64,000 bases of DNA from Alphaproteobacteria bacterium (lineage in GTDB: Bacteria > Pseudomonadota > Alphaproteobacteria > RF32 > CAG-239): NCBI GenBank assembly GCA_020025875.1, contig JAHHRI010000003.1, positions 1,103 through 65,102 on the forward strand. Direction: 5' to 3'. Of this stretch, positions 9,064-20,125 are shown piece by piece. Numbering within the stretch: position 1 is the stretch's first letter; every line of letters starts with the position of its first letter. Under the pieces are notes generated by a model. It saw only the letters and a program-made list of their open reading frames with translations, did no database searches and was not told the DNA's origin. The translations under genes and the position numbers were made by a program.

Positions 9064-12000
9064 TTACAGCCGATTGATTTTGCCAACCCAATTTTTTATG
9101 GTTTCGAGCCGAACGGCATAACGACTCAATTCTCCCTCAATCAGCAACCGTTGATCGGGGCGTACTTTTATTTTTCCGAAGGAGCGTGCCACCAGTTCCA
9201 CCAGTTTATCCGGCGAGCGGAAAATGTTGTTATAAAAAGTAACTAAAAACCCTTTGTCACCGGCATCTATTTTTTCGATATTGGCGGCTTTGCATAATTG
9301 TTTAATTTCAACCGTTTTCAACAAGTTTTCCACTTCTTGCGGAATGGCGCCGAAACGATCGGCCAATTCTTCCCGCATATCAAGCAACGCTTCCTGAGTT
9401 TCCAGCCCGCCGATACGTTTGTACAGCCCCAACCGCACGCCGAGATCACGAACATAGCTCTCCGGAATCATAATCGGAACACCGGTAACAATCTGCGGAC
9501 TCCAGCCGCTGTCTGCCTTATTGTTTTCATCTTCGACGGCACCCGCCTTAATACGGGCTATTTCTTCTTCCAGCATATGGTGGTAAAGAGCAATACCCAC
9601 CTCTTTGATGTGTCCCGATTGTTCTTCACCCAACACATTGCCGGAACCGCGAATATCCATATCGTGACTGGCCAGAGAAAAGCCCGCCCCCAAAGTGTCC
9701 AAGGCCTGCAAAATGCTCAACCGCCGTTCGGCAATGGGTTTTAATTTTCTTTGCGCCGGCACCGTAAAATAGCAATAACCGCGCACTTTCGAACGACCGA
9801 TTCTGCCTCTTAGCTGATAAAGTTGAGCCAACCCGAACATATCTGCACGATAAACAATCATGGTATTGACCGACGGCATATCAATCCCCGATTCAATAAT
9901 GGTTGTCGAAAGCAAAATATCTCCTTTTTGATCGGCAAAATCATTCATCACCTCTTCCAGCTGCTTAACGGGCATTTGCCCGTGGGCAACCAAAATCTTG
10001 GTATCCGGCGCCAACTCCTGCAACAGGTCATACACATGGGCAATGTCGGAAACCCGCGGACAAACGACAAAAGTCTGACCGCCGCGCATTTTTTCGCGGA
10101 TGATGGCTTCTTTAATCATCACGCCGTCAAAAGGCATAACAAAGGTGCGTGCCGCCAACCGATCAACCGGCGGAGTGGCAATGATGGATAGTTGCTTAAC
10201 GCCGGTTAAGGACATTTGCAATGTTCTTGGGATTGGCGTAGCCGTCAGCGTCAGCACATGGACATCGGCTTTCAGCCCTTTCAATTTTTCTTTGTGGGCA
10301 ACGCCGAAATGCTGTTCTTCGTCAATAATCAGCAGTCCCAAATCGGCAAACTCGATACTGCCCGAAAGCAGTGCGTGCGTGCCGATGACAATATCCACCG
10401 CCCCGCTTTTCAGCCCCTCTTTTGCTTTGCGCGCGGCAGCCGGTGTCTGCAGTCGAGACAGCATACACACATTGAGCGGAAAACCTGCCATGCGTTGCTT
10501 AAAGTTGTGATAATGCTGCCGTGCCAACAACGTCGTCGGCACAATCAGAGCCACCTGCGCGCCTGCCATTGCCACTGCAAACGCCGCTCGCAAAGCCACT
10601 TCCGTTTTGCCGAAACCGACATCACCGCACACCAACCGATCCATCGGTATTCCTGCCGACAGATCACTCAGCACGTCGCTGATTGCATTGAGCTGATCTT
10701 CGGTTTCGTTGTAAGGAAAACCGGCGCAAAATTCATCATAAAGCCCCTCCGGCGCAATATAAGTTTCCGCCTTTCTCAGTTGTCGCTGCGCCGCAATGGC
10801 AATCAGCTTTTCGGCAATTTCGTGAATCCTTTTTTTGACTTTTGCCTTTTTGGCTTCCCAAGCCGCACCGCCCAAGGTGTCAAGCTGGATATTATCATCG
10901 TCGATCCCATAGCGGGAAACGGTTTCTATATTTTCAACCGGCACAAAAAGTTTATCTTCGTTGGCATAAATAATTTTCAGGCAGTCGTGCGGCGCACCTC
11001 CCGCCGTAATGTTTTCCAGCCCCATAAACCGACCGATACCGTGTTCAATATGCACCACCAATTCCCCGACATTGAGTGAGGAAATATCGGCAATAAAATC
11101 TTTTGATGTTACTTTTTTGCCGGTTCGCCGGTTTTGTCGCGCCCCTAAAATATCTTGTTCCGCCACCAAACAAAAACCCTGCCCGCGAAAACCGTGCGGC
11201 AAGGGCAACACCACCATGGCCACCCGATTGGCAACCGACTTATCCAAAGCCTGTTGCCAGTTCTCGGCAAAGGTAAATTCAAGACCGGTATAGGGACTTT
11301 CGTTTTTGGCATCGGAAATCAACGAAAACAAACGTTCTCGCGAACCGGAAGTATAACAACAAATAATCTTTTTTAATTTGCCATATTCGCTGAAATAGGC
11401 CAAAAGATCGTGGTAAACCTGTGCGGCATTAACATTTTTGGCAGCGGAAAAATCTCGTCCGGGCAGCACGCCGCTGTCTTGGTTGCTGTCTGTTTGCGGC
11501 AGGTTAAGTCCGGTCAGCGTCACGGCGCGCCGTTTTTCAACCATTAAAGAAAACTCATCGGCGGCAAGAAACATCAGCTCCGGCATAACCGGACGATAAA
11601 CATCTATTTCGGCAGAATTTTTAACTTTGAGAGCCTCTAACCGAGATGTGTAATGATCGGCAATGCTTTCGCTTTTGGCAGCCAAAGCCGCATCAACATT
11701 GCGCCCCATCACAATTTTAGCCCGCGGCAGATAGTCAAACAGGCTCGGCAGCGGTTCTTCGTAGAAAAACGGCAGCCAGTTTTCTATCCCCATGTATTGA
11801 CGCCCTTCGGATACCGCTTCGTAAATTTCGTCGTCTTTAAATGCCGCGCCGAAAGCTTCCCGATAGCGGCTGCGAAAAGTTTTGACGGTGTTGTCGTCTA
11901 AAACCACTTCACCCGCGGCACGGAACAGATAGCTCTTTTTTTCACCGCTGGTACGTTGGCTCAACACGTCGAAAGTGCGAATTTTTTCCACTTCATCGCC

Positions 12001-12549
12001 AAACAAGTCAATACGCAAAGGATCTGTCGTTCCGGTTGGAAAAATGTCGAGAATATCTCCCCTGACGGCATATTCTCCGGGCTCCATCACTTGCTCAACC
12101 CTGCTGTAGCCATTAATCGACACATAATGCAAAAAAGCGTTAAAGTTCAAAGACTGACCGACTTTAACTTCTTTCATCGAATTAAGAAAAATTTTCTTCG
12201 GCGGCAACTTTTGCAAAACCGCGCCGATACTGGCGGCAATAATCCGCGGTTGTTTTGTTTGCGGAGAAAAAGCAAGAGTGCTGAGCGTGTCAATGCGGCG
12301 GGCAACAATATTTACATTGGGCGAAACCCGATCATAAGGCACGGTGTCCCACGCCGGAAAGCGCAAAATCTCCGCCTGCGGCAGCAAGCTTTGCAAAATA
12401 TCGGCATTTTGTTCCAACGCCACGCCGTCGCTTGCAATATATAAAATGTCATCTTCGCTCTGTCGCCAAAGATCTGCCACCGCAAAGGGCTCAAAGCCTT
12501 CGCTTACGGAAGAAACGGAAACCAGATATTGATCGGAGTTTTTTGCCAT
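9064..12549 (-). CDS. mfd: Transcription-repair coupling factor Mfd
   Basis: 1161 aa. Contains a CarD-like region (VGELVVHIEHGIGRF), SF2 helicase motifs (CGDVGFGKTEVALRAAF, DEEQHFG, LTLTATPIPRTL) and a TRG/TRCF C-terminal domain. Confidence 0.95.
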   Translation of the reverse strand: MAKNSDQYLVSVSSVSEGFEPFAVADLWRQSEDDILYIASDGVALEQNADILQSLLPQAEILRFPAWDTVPYDRVSPNVNIVARRIDTLSTLAFSPQTKQPRIIAASIGAVLQKLPPKKIFLNSMKEVKVGQSLNFNAFLHYVSINGYSRVEQVMEPGEYAVRGDILDIFPTGTTDPLRIDLFGDEVEKIRTFDVLSQRTSGEKKSYLFRAAGEVVLDDNTVKTFRSRYREAFGAAFKDDEIYEAVSEGRQYMGIENWLPFFYEEPLPSLFDYLPRAKIVMGRNVDAALAAKSESIADHYTSRLEALKVKNSAEIDVYRPVMPELMFLAADEFSLMVEKRRAVTLTGLNLPQTDSNQDSGVLPGRDFSAAKNVNAAQVYHDLLAYFSEYGKLKKIICCYTSGSRERLFSLISDAKNESPYTGLEFTFAENWQQALDKSVANRVAMVVLPLPHGFRGQGFCLVAEQDILGARQNRRTGKKVTSKDFIADISSLNVGELVVHIEHGIGRFMGLENITAGGAPHDCLKIIYANEDKLFVPVENIETVSRYGIDDDNIQLDTLGGAAWEAKKAKVKKRIHEIAEKLIAIAAQRQLRKAETYIAPEGLYDEFCAGFPYNETEDQLNAISDVLSDLSAGIPMDRLVCGDVGFGKTEVALRAAFAVAMAGAQVALIVPTTLLARQHYHNFKQRMAGFPLNVCMLSRLQTPAAARKAKEGLKSGAVDIVIGTHALLSGSIEFADLGLLIIDEEQHFGVAHKEKLKGLKADVHVLTLTATPIPRTLQMSLTGVKQLSIIATPPVDRLAARTFVMPFDGVMIKEAIIREKMRGGQTFVVCPRVSDIAHVYDLLQELAPDTKILVAHGQMPVKQLEEVMNDFADQKGDILLSTTIIESGIDMPSVNTMIVYRADMFGLAQLYQLRGRIGRSKVRGYCYFTVPAQRKLKPIAERRLSILQALDTLGAGFSLASHDMDIRGSGNVLGEEQSGHIKEVGIALYHHMLEEEIARIKAGAVEDENNKADSGWSPQIVTGVPIMIPESYVRDLGVRLGLYKRIGGLETQEALLDMREELADRFGAIPQEVENLLKTVEIKQLCKAANIEKIDAGDKGFLVTFYNNIFRSPDKLVELVARSFGKIKVRPDQRLLIEGELSRYAVRLETIKNWVGKINRL

Positions 12550-12631
12550 AACCTTATCTTCTTATTTACATCTCCTACAAAAATATATACAATTACCGCC
12601 GATAGCAACCTTTTTTTTAAGGTAGGAGCTT

Positions 12632-14716
12632 ATGCGGCCATCTTTTTTATATCCCTTTTTTGCATCTCCCTCATCTTTGCGCGGTGTCGGTGAAAAATCG
12701 GCAGCGCTTTTAGAAAAACTCGGCATCGAAAAAACAGTCGATCTGCTCTGGCACTTACCTTATGCCGTTCATGTTCGCCATCGGGCAACATCTGTCCGCA
12801 GTCTCAAAAACGGAGAAATCAACACCATAAAAATCCGTGTTGTTGAACATATCAGCCCCAAAAGCAACCGCCACCCCTATCAGGTTTTGTGTAAAGACAA
12901 GGAGGAAAATGAACTGACCTTGGTCTTTTTTAAAGCCTATCCCGATTTTATCCGCAAAAACCTGCCCGAAGGCAGCGAGCGTCTGATCAGCGGCAAAACG
13001 GAGCTGTTTAACGGCTGCTGGCAAATGAGCCATCCCGATTATATTGTCATGCCGGAAAACGATCGGCAAATTCCGGACATAGAGCCGGTTTACGGACTGA
13101 CCGCCGGCATCAGCAACAAATTTATCTGCCGGTTGATTGGTCATGCGCTGGCGGCAATGCAACCGCTCCCCGAATGGTTGGAGCCCAATCATCAAAAAGC
13201 CCTCAACCTGCCATCTTTTGCCGAAGCTTTGCAACAGGTGCATCACCCCCGCGGCAGTTGCGATCTGCTGCCTACAAGCGCCGCCCGTATGCGACTGGCT
13301 TACGACGAACTGCTGGCCAACCAACTGTCGTTGGCTCTGGTGCGGAAAAAAGTAAAAAAACAAGCCGGTCGCCAAATTGCCGGCAACGGCTTGCTCCGAC
13401 AAACAATCTTGGAACAACTGCCTTTTTCGCTCACCGACGCACAAGCAAAAGTCTTGTCAGAAATCTACCGCGATCAGGCAAGCGAAAGCCGTATGTTGCG
13501 TTTGTTGCAAGGCGATGTCGGCAGCGGCAAAACCATCGTTGCGCTGCTTACCATGCTCAACGCCGTTGAATGCGGCGCCCAAGCGGCCATTATGGCGCCA
13601 ACGGAAATTCTTGCCAAACAACATTTTGACACCATTGCGCCGCTTTTAGAAAAAATCGGTCTTAATGCGGCTCTTTTAACCGGTCGCCTCAAAGGTAAAG
13701 CTCGTACAAAACTGTTAGAGGAGCTAAAAGACGGCAAAATAAACATTCTGATCGGCACCCATGCCCTGTTTGTCGAAGATGTGGCGTTTGCCGATCTTGC
13801 CTGCGTGGTAATTGACGAACAACACCGTTTCGGCGTTCATCAACGCCTAAATCTTTCCGACAAAGGCAACCGTGCCGATATTTTGGTCATGACCGCCACC
13901 CCCATTCCGAGAACTTTGATACTAACCGCTTTCGGCGATATGGAATATTCCAAAATCGACCAACTTCCCGCAGGGCGAAAACCGGTGGACACCAGAGTGA
14001 TGCCGCTTGGCAAAATTGATGACATCATTCCTGCCGTTAAACGCAAAACAGAAAAAGACGAACGGATATATTGGGTATGCCCGCTGGTTGAAGAATCGGA
14101 AAAAATAGACATTGCCGCCGCCGAAAAACGCTTTGAAATTTTGCAAAAGACTTTTGGCGATCAAGTCGGTCTGGTTCACGGAAAAATGAAAGAAAAGGAA
14201 AAAGAGCTTGTGATGGAACGCTTTAAAAGCGGTGAGATTAAATTGCTGGTTGCGACCACCGTCATAGAAGTGGGGGTTAATGTACCGGAAGCCACCGTCA
14301 TGATTATTGAACATGCGGAACGTTTCGGATTGGCGCAACTTCACCAGCTGCGCGGACGTGTCAAGCGCGGAAACAAACCCGCCAGCTGTATTTTGCTTTA
14401 CGGTTATCCGCTGGGAGAAACTTCCCGTGCGCGGCTCAACATTATGCGTGACACCGAAGACGGTTTTTTAATTGCGGAAGAAGACCTAAAACTGCGCGGT
14501 GGCGGAGAAATTCTCGGCACCCGTCAGAGCGGTGTCGAACAATTCCTGTTGGCAGAAATGCCCGAACATCAAAATCTGCTGATAACCGCCAACAAAGACG
14601 CACAAATGATTGTGGCCACAGATCCCGATCTTTTGGGGCCTCGCGGACAGGCTCTGCGCACCCTGCTCTATCTGTTTGAACGTAACCATGCCGTCAAGAC
14701 ATATCTTGCGGGATAA
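12632..14716 (+). CDS. recG: ATP-dependent DNA helicase RecG
   Basis: 694 aa. N-terminal wedge/OB region followed by helicase motifs: LQGDVGSGKT, VIDEQHRFGV, MTATPIPRTL, QLHQLRGRV.RG. Confidence 0.95.
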   Translation: MRPSFLYPFFASPSSLRGVGEKSAALLEKLGIEKTVDLLWHLPYAVHVRHRATSVRSLKNGEINTIKIRVVEHISPKSNRHPYQVLCKDKEENELTLVFFKAYPDFIRKNLPEGSERLISGKTELFNGCWQMSHPDYIVMPENDRQIPDIEPVYGLTAGISNKFICRLIGHALAAMQPLPEWLEPNHQKALNLPSFAEALQQVHHPRGSCDLLPTSAARMRLAYDELLANQLSLALVRKKVKKQAGRQIAGNGLLRQTILEQLPFSLTDAQAKVLSEIYRDQASESRMLRLLQGDVGSGKTIVALLTMLNAVECGAQAAIMAPTEILAKQHFDTIAPLLEKIGLNAALLTGRLKGKARTKLLEELKDGKINILIGTHALFVEDVAFADLACVVIDEQHRFGVHQRLNLSDKGNRADILVMTATPIPRTLILTAFGDMEYSKIDQLPAGRKPVDTRVMPLGKIDDIIPAVKRKTEKDERIYWVCPLVEESEKIDIAAAEKRFEILQKTFGDQVGLVHGKMKEKEKELVMERFKSGEIKLLVATTVIEVGVNVPEATVMIIEHAERFGLAQLHQLRGRVKRGNKPASCILLYGYPLGETSRARLNIMRDTEDGFLIAEEDLKLRGGGEILGTRQSGVEQFLLAEMPEHQNLLITANKDAQMIVATDPDLLGPRGQALRTLLYLFERNHAVKTYLAG

Positions 14717-14740
14717 TCCTCTTACCGATCGGCACCAAGA

Positions 14741-15190
14741 TCACTCTGGCAGCAGATTGGTTGCAGGGTTGTGTTTGGTGGCAAAATCTTTGACCAAAAA
14801 AGTTGTAACCGGAGCTTTTGAATATTTTTCAAATAATATCCCATGCCCAAGGCAAAGTCCGACAATAATATTCAATTCGCAACCTTGAGCGTTCAGATAT
14901 TCTGCTTGTGACAAAGGATCGCAACTCGGTCCCCGTAAACTTTCGTTAAGTTCGCAAGCTTTCAGCCCGCTTTCCTTACAGTTGATGCTGTAGACCTCAA
15001 AGCCGGCTTCCTCCAACAGCTGCGCCAGCCGCGTGCCGTAAGCAACCACACCGGTGCAAGTGGCAATCCCCAACTTTCGAAAACCGGAAAGATGGCAAAA
15101 ATCAATCAATTCCCGTAATCTTGATTTATTTAAGGATTGGGCGGCAATCAGCATCTGTCGCTTATCTTCATCAGAATAATGGTGTGTCAT
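14741..15190 (-). CDS. DUF1847-family putative metal-binding protein
   Basis: 149 aa. Cys-rich conserved string: IATC.G....G..L...LE.AGFEV.S..CK ... CDP.SQAEYLN ... LNIIVGLCLGH.ILF.KYSKAPVTT.LVKD....HNP. Confidence 0.55.
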   Translation of the reverse strand: MTHHYSDEDKRQMLIAAQSLNKSRLRELIDFCHLSGFRKLGIATCTGVVAYGTRLAQLLEEAGFEVYSINCKESGLKACELNESLRGPSCDPLSQAEYLNAQGCELNIIVGLCLGHGILFEKYSKAPVTTFLVKDFATKHNPATNLLPE

Positions 15191-15418
15191 CGCTTAAAAT
15201 CTCCTCGCAAAGTCATAATCATTATATTAGTACCCTCGCTGTCAACCGGAAACAAGTTTTTTTTGTCGGTTTTCTCTTTTTTACGGTGAACATACCGTGC
15301 TTTTTCTTTGTTATGGCTTGCCGTTTTCTTTGAGCGGCAACACAATTTAAAGCGTTTGCAACCACGGTTTTCGCCTGCTTAGGATCGGTGTCGGCGTATT
15401 GTCATTTTGCCGCCGATG

Positions 15419-15446
15419 ACAAAACAAAACCCCGAAAAACGGGGTT
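15419..15446 (-). terminator. Intrinsic terminator after rpoD
   Basis: The minus strand reads AACCCCGTTTTTCGGGGTT followed by TTGTTTT, beginning 7 nt after the rpoD stop. Confidence 0.75.
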
Positions 15447-15452
15447 GTCTGT

Positions 15453-17540
15453 TTATTGATCCAAAAACGAACGCAGTTTGCGTGAACGGCTTGGGTGTTT
15501 GAGCTTGCGCAGGGCTTTGGCCTCAATTTGCCGAATACGCTCACGGGTGACGTTAAACTGTTGTCCAACTTCTTCCAGCGTATGATCGGTATTCATTCCA
15601 ATACCGAAACGCATCCGCAAAACACGTTCTTCACGCGGCGTCAGCGAAGACAAAATCCTCGTGCAGGTTTCTTTCAAGTTGGTATGGATTGCGGAATCCA
15701 ACGGCTGCAGGGCACTCTCGTCGGGAATAAAATCACCGAGTGAAGAATCTTCTTCATCACCGACGGGCGATTCCAAACTAACGGGTTCTTTGGCAATTTT
15801 CATCACCTTGCGCACTTTTTCAAGCGGCATAGACAGCCGCGCCGCCAATTCCTCCGGCACGGGTTCGCGTCCCATTTCCGAAAGCATCTGTCGCGATGTC
15901 CGCACCAGTTTATTAATCGTTTCGATCATATGGACGGGAATGCGAATTGTTCTTGCTTGGTCAGCAATCGAGCGGGTAATTGCCTGACGGATCCACCATG
16001 TGGCATAGGTCGAAAACTTATAGCCGCGGCGATATTCAAACTTATCAACGGCTTTCATCAAGCCGATGTTTCCTTCCTGAATCAAATCAAGAAACTGCAA
16101 CCCGCGATTGGTATATTTTTTGGCAATGGAAATCACCAGCCGCAAATTGGCTTCAATCATTTCTTTTTTGGCACGTTCGGCTTCTCTTTCGCCTTTTTTG
16201 ATGGTATCGACCATCCGTCGATATTCGGTAATCGGCAGCCCGCATTCTTGCGCCATGCGTGCAACGCTGTCACGCAATTCTAAAACCTCAACGCCATACT
16301 TGGCAATAAACTCCTGCCAATGTTTGTCTTTTTTGTTAGAAACATTTTCCACCCAGTTGGGATCCAGTTCCGACTTTTGGTACACCTCAAGGAAATTTTC
16401 GCGCTTAATTTTGCACGCCATGGCATAGCGCAACAATTTTCCTTCCAAGCCCATCAGTCGCTTGTTAATACCGTTTAACTGTTCCACCAACTGTTCAATT
16501 CTCACGCTGTTGAGGTGGATTGAACTCATCAGTTCAACCAGTTCTTTCTTAACTTGAACATATTTCTTTTCCACGGCAGGTTTAATGCTTTTGCCGGCAA
16601 GAATAGATTCCACCCGCTGGCTTTGAATTTTCTTCAAATCATCATAGTAACTGGAAATTTTGGTAAGAATTTCCAACACCGGTTCCCACAAGGCTTCTTC
16701 CATGGCAGAAACGGAAGCAGAAGAATGCCCGCTGCCGGCGTCATCCGTATCGTCTTGATGTTCGCTGCCATCGGTTGCATCGTCGTCACTTTCATCATCA
16801 ATATCGGCAACGTCTTCATCTTCATCGGCACCGCCTTCATCATCAACGGCGTCTTCCAGATCCATGTCATCTTCCAGATCTTCGTCAATATCATCCAGAT
16901 TTTCTTTCTTTTCCAGTTCGGCAACCACTTTTTCCAAACTGTCAACCGGTGCGCTCTCCTCATCTTCATAAACCAGCGCTTCGGGATCGTCGCCATACAT
17001 CATTTCCAGATCGACCACATCTCTGAGCTGCATTTTTCCCTGCATCAGGTCATCTCGCCAACCGGCAATGGCCTTAATTGTCATCGGACTTTCGCACAAA
17101 CCGTCAATCATAACCGTTTTGCCTGCCTCAATACGCTTGGCGATGGCAATTTCTCCCTCTCGGGAAAGCAGCTCGACCGATCCCATCTCTTTTAAATACA
17201 TACGGACCGGATCATCGTAACGCCCCATTTCCTTTTCGTCAAAGTTGCCGGATTCTTCATAACTTTCGTCATCTTCGGCTTCTTCTTCGGGCTCAAAACT
17301 ATCCGCGCCCGATTCCGAAATAATGCTGATCCCCATATCGGAAATTTCCGACATAATATCTTCAATCTGTTCAGAAGACTCTTTATCTGACGGCAGGGCT
17401 TTGTTAAGTTCCTCCACCGTAATATAGCCGCGGGCCTTACCTTTTTCGACAATCCGCTTGATGGCGCTGCCCAAAGTGTCAATCAGCGGGGCATCCGCTG
17501 CACCTGCTTCATAAAAGTCTTGGTTTTCTGTGTCTGACAT
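15453..17540 (-). CDS. rpoD: RNA polymerase primary sigma factor RpoD (sigma-70)
   Basis: Contains regions 1.1 to 4.2: [52 protein letters not shown] and [28 protein letters not shown] prefer the start at MSDTENQ (17540) over the track start at 17579. A long D/E-rich insertion sits in the non-conserved region. Confidence 0.95.
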   Translation of the reverse strand: MSDTENQDFYEAGAADAPLIDTLGSAIKRIVEKGKARGYITVEELNKALPSDKESSEQIEDIMSEISDMGISIISESGADSFEPEEEAEDDESYEESGNFDEKEMGRYDDPVRMYLKEMGSVELLSREGEIAIAKRIEAGKTVMIDGLCESPMTIKAIAGWRDDLMQGKMQLRDVVDLEMMYGDDPEALVYEDEESAPVDSLEKVVAELEKKENLDDIDEDLEDDMDLEDAVDDEGGADEDEDVADIDDESDDDATDGSEHQDDTDDAGSGHSSASVSAMEEALWEPVLEILTKISSYYDDLKKIQSQRVESILAGKSIKPAVEKKYVQVKKELVELMSSIHLNSVRIEQLVEQLNGINKRLMGLEGKLLRYAMACKIKRENFLEVYQKSELDPNWVENVSNKKDKHWQEFIAKYGVEVLELRDSVARMAQECGLPITEYRRMVDTIKKGEREAERAKKEMIEANLRLVISIAKKYTNRGLQFLDLIQEGNIGLMKAVDKFEYRRGYKFSTYATWWIRQAITRSIADQARTIRIPVHMIETINKLVRTSRQMLSEMGREPVPEELAARLSMPLEKVRKVMKIAKEPVSLESPVGDEEDSSLGDFIPDESALQPLDSAIHTNLKETCTRILSSLTPREERVLRMRFGIGMNTDHTLEEVGQQFNVTRERIRQIEAKALRKLKHPSRSRKLRSFLDQ

Positions 17541-17709
17541 ATTTTTTCCCAAAAATCGATTTTCAGCCGGACATTGCATCCGGCAAACAAGTTGCTAGCG
17601 GCTCTTTTTTAGAGTTTTATTGTCAATTTGTCAACAGTAGTATTTATAAAAAATTAACCTTTTACCCCAAAACAACCCAAACAAAGTAAGCGTATCAGCC
17701 GTTTTCGGC

Positions 17710-19551
17710 CTAAAGGAAAGAATCTGCCCGAAGCAGGGTTTCTCTCTCTTTTTTGAGCATTTGATAACGCCGATAGGTGTCATCGGAAAACGACTCGGCG
17801 GTTTCAATCTCGCGCAGGCATTCTTTTATCTCATTTTCCAGCTGTCGGAGCTGCATTTCAAGTATTTTATTGTCGATATCTCGCCGCAGCTTACGCAAAT
17901 CGGGATTTTGTTGACGAAGCATTTTTACCTCCCACAGCCGATCGATATGCTCGGCAGCGTCCTCGTTTTTCAATGCCGCATACAATGTATCGCTGTCTGC
18001 CGGTTCGTCCCGATGATAAATTTCCGTCATTTTATCCAGCAGCCACTTAAGTTGCACATCGCCGATGTCAAACATTGCGGTTTTTTCTTCATATTCTTCT
18101 ATCAGGCAAGGATAGCAGAACATTGCGGCAACAATAAACTTGGCGACCAACTCATCGAGTGTAATTTTGACCGGTTGCGGACGCAGTGCCGAGCGGTTTC
18201 CCCCTCGGCGGCTTGGGGAGTGTCCGGCATTGTCGGTTCGCTGCCGATAAACTTCATTTTTCTCGTTTTGCCCTTTTCGCGGCATTCGCCGAAAACGCTC
18301 AAAAATACGGTTTTTCATATCTTGAAGATAATAACCGCGCACTTTTTCATCGGTAATTTTTGCCACTTCCTCCAAAAGTGTCTTTTCAAACATGGCTTTT
18401 TGTTCCGGCGTATCGGCGGCAACGGCTTCAACCGTCTTGCGCCACAAAAGATCCGCCAGCGGCACGGTGGTTGTCAACGCTTGTTCATAAGCATCGGCAC
18501 CGTTGGACTTCAAAAACTCATCGGGATCCATGCCGTCGGGCAAAAACACATACCGGAGCGAATAACCGGCCTTCAAAATCGGCAATGCCCGATCAACGGA
18601 ACGAATGGCCGCCCGCACACCGGCACTGTCGCCGTCAAAGCACAATGTCGGTTCCGGACAGATCTTCCATGCTTCCGTGATTTGCTCCTCGGTCAAAGCC
18701 GTGCCGAGCGGTGCCACGGCATAATCAAAGCCGTATTTGGCTTGCGCAATAACGTCCATGTATCCTTCGCAAACCACAATCCGCCGTTTTTCAAACGCTT
18801 TGTCACGGGCATAATTTAAATTGTACAAAACCCGCCGTTTGTTAAAAATCGGTGTATCCGGTGAGTTCAGATATTTCGGCTGACCGTCGCCCATCACCCG
18901 CCCGCCGAAAGCAATAACCCTGCCCCGCTTGTCCATAATCGGAATAATCACCCGATTGCGGAAAAAATCGTATAATTTTCCGTTTTTCTCCGACAAAACC
19001 GCCAGCCCCAATTCAATCATATCGTTTTCGCTCACGTTTTTCGACGCCAGCCAAGACCTGAGCCCGTTGTTATCCGGCGCGTAGCCGAGCCGAAATTTGC
19101 GGATGATGTTTTCGTCAAAACCGCGCTGCGCCAAATAGGCCATTGCCTCCCGACCGGCTGTCAGCCGTAGGTTTTTCTCAAAATAGGCGGCAGCCATGTC
19201 AACAATTTCGTACCACGAACTGCGTTTTTGCACTTCTTCCGGATTTTCCTTGTGAATCTGGGGCACCTGAAGACCGGCCTTGTTTGCCAGCTTGGTCACC
19301 GCGTCCATAAACGGCAGCCCGTTGGCTTCCATCTCAAACTTGATGATATCGCCATGAGCGCCACAGCCGAAACAATGGTAAAAACCTTTGGCTTCGTTAA
19401 CCGTAAAAGACGGTGTCTTTTCATTATGAAACGGGCAAAGTCCCATATATTCGCGCCCTTTGCGCACCAGTTTCACCTTGGCGCCGACAACATCTGCCAC
19501 CGAAATTCGGGCGCGCAATTCGTCAAGAAATTTCTGAAAGTCTGTTTCCAT
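17710..19551 (-). CDS. dnaG: DNA primase DnaG
   Basis: 613 aa. Zinc ribbon CPFHNEKTPSF.V......YHCFGCG.HGD, a TOPRIM region (VVCEGYMDVI) and a C-terminal helicase-interaction region. Confidence 0.95.
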   Translation of the reverse strand: METDFQKFLDELRARISVADVVGAKVKLVRKGREYMGLCPFHNEKTPSFTVNEAKGFYHCFGCGAHGDIIKFEMEANGLPFMDAVTKLANKAGLQVPQIHKENPEEVQKRSSWYEIVDMAAAYFEKNLRLTAGREAMAYLAQRGFDENIIRKFRLGYAPDNNGLRSWLASKNVSENDMIELGLAVLSEKNGKLYDFFRNRVIIPIMDKRGRVIAFGGRVMGDGQPKYLNSPDTPIFNKRRVLYNLNYARDKAFEKRRIVVCEGYMDVIAQAKYGFDYAVAPLGTALTEEQITEAWKICPEPTLCFDGDSAGVRAAIRSVDRALPILKAGYSLRYVFLPDGMDPDEFLKSNGADAYEQALTTTVPLADLLWRKTVEAVAADTPEQKAMFEKTLLEEVAKITDEKVRGYYLQDMKNRIFERFRRMPRKGQNEKNEVYRQRTDNAGHSPSRRGGNRSALRPQPVKITLDELVAKFIVAAMFCYPCLIEEYEEKTAMFDIGDVQLKWLLDKMTEIYHRDEPADSDTLYAALKNEDAAEHIDRLWEVKMLRQQNPDLRKLRRDIDNKILEMQLRQLENEIKECLREIETAESFSDDTYRRYQMLKKERETLLRADSFL

Positions 19552-19559
19552 CGGCTTTT

Positions 19560-20012
19560 TTAGCTCAACATCGCCTTGATTTTACCGGAAACCATGCCGA
19601 AATCCATCTGCCCCGCATATTTTTCTTTTAAGGCGCCCATCACCTTGCCCATATCTTTCATCGAAGCGGCGCCGGTAGCGGCAATTTCTGCGCGGATGGC
19701 GGCTTCCGTTTCGGCTTCGCTCATTTGCTTAGGCATAAAACTCTGAATCACGGCAATTTCCGCTTCTTCTTTCGCCGCCAATTCTTCCCTGCCGCCTTCG
19801 CGGTACATTTTGGCAGATTCCTGCCGCTGTTTTATCATCGTCTGCATCATCGACAGAAGATCCGCATCGTTTGCGCATTCCTTTCCTTTGCCGCGGGCAT
19901 CGACATCTTTTTCTTTAACGCCCGCCAAAATCATCCGTACGGTGCTTAGGCGTTCTGCCTCATGGTTTTTCATGGCTTCTTTGATTGCGTTTTGAATATC
20001 TTCTCTTAACAT
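19560..20012 (-). CDS. yqeY: GatB/YqeY-domain protein
   Basis: I prefer the start at MLREDIQNAIKEAMK (ATG at 20012), which has an AGGAGG-like RBS (TCCTCC on the + strand, about 20019-24). 150 aa with a typical YqeY pattern. The stop lies 8 nt upstream of the dnaG start. Confidence 0.8.
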   Translation of the reverse strand: MLREDIQNAIKEAMKNHEAERLSTVRMILAGVKEKDVDARGKGKECANDADLLSMMQTMIKQRQESAKMYREGGREELAAKEEAEIAVIQSFMPKQMSEAETEAAIRAEIAATGAASMKDMGKVMGALKEKYAGQMDFGMVSGKIKAMLS

Positions 20013-20125
20013 ATTCTTCCTCCTTGTATTGCATTTTGTTATAAAAACTATATCGGTTATCGGCAAAATGCAAGACTTTTGACAAAAAAAGCGGTTGCGC
20101 CCTGCTTGCAAGCCGAGATCCGAAC

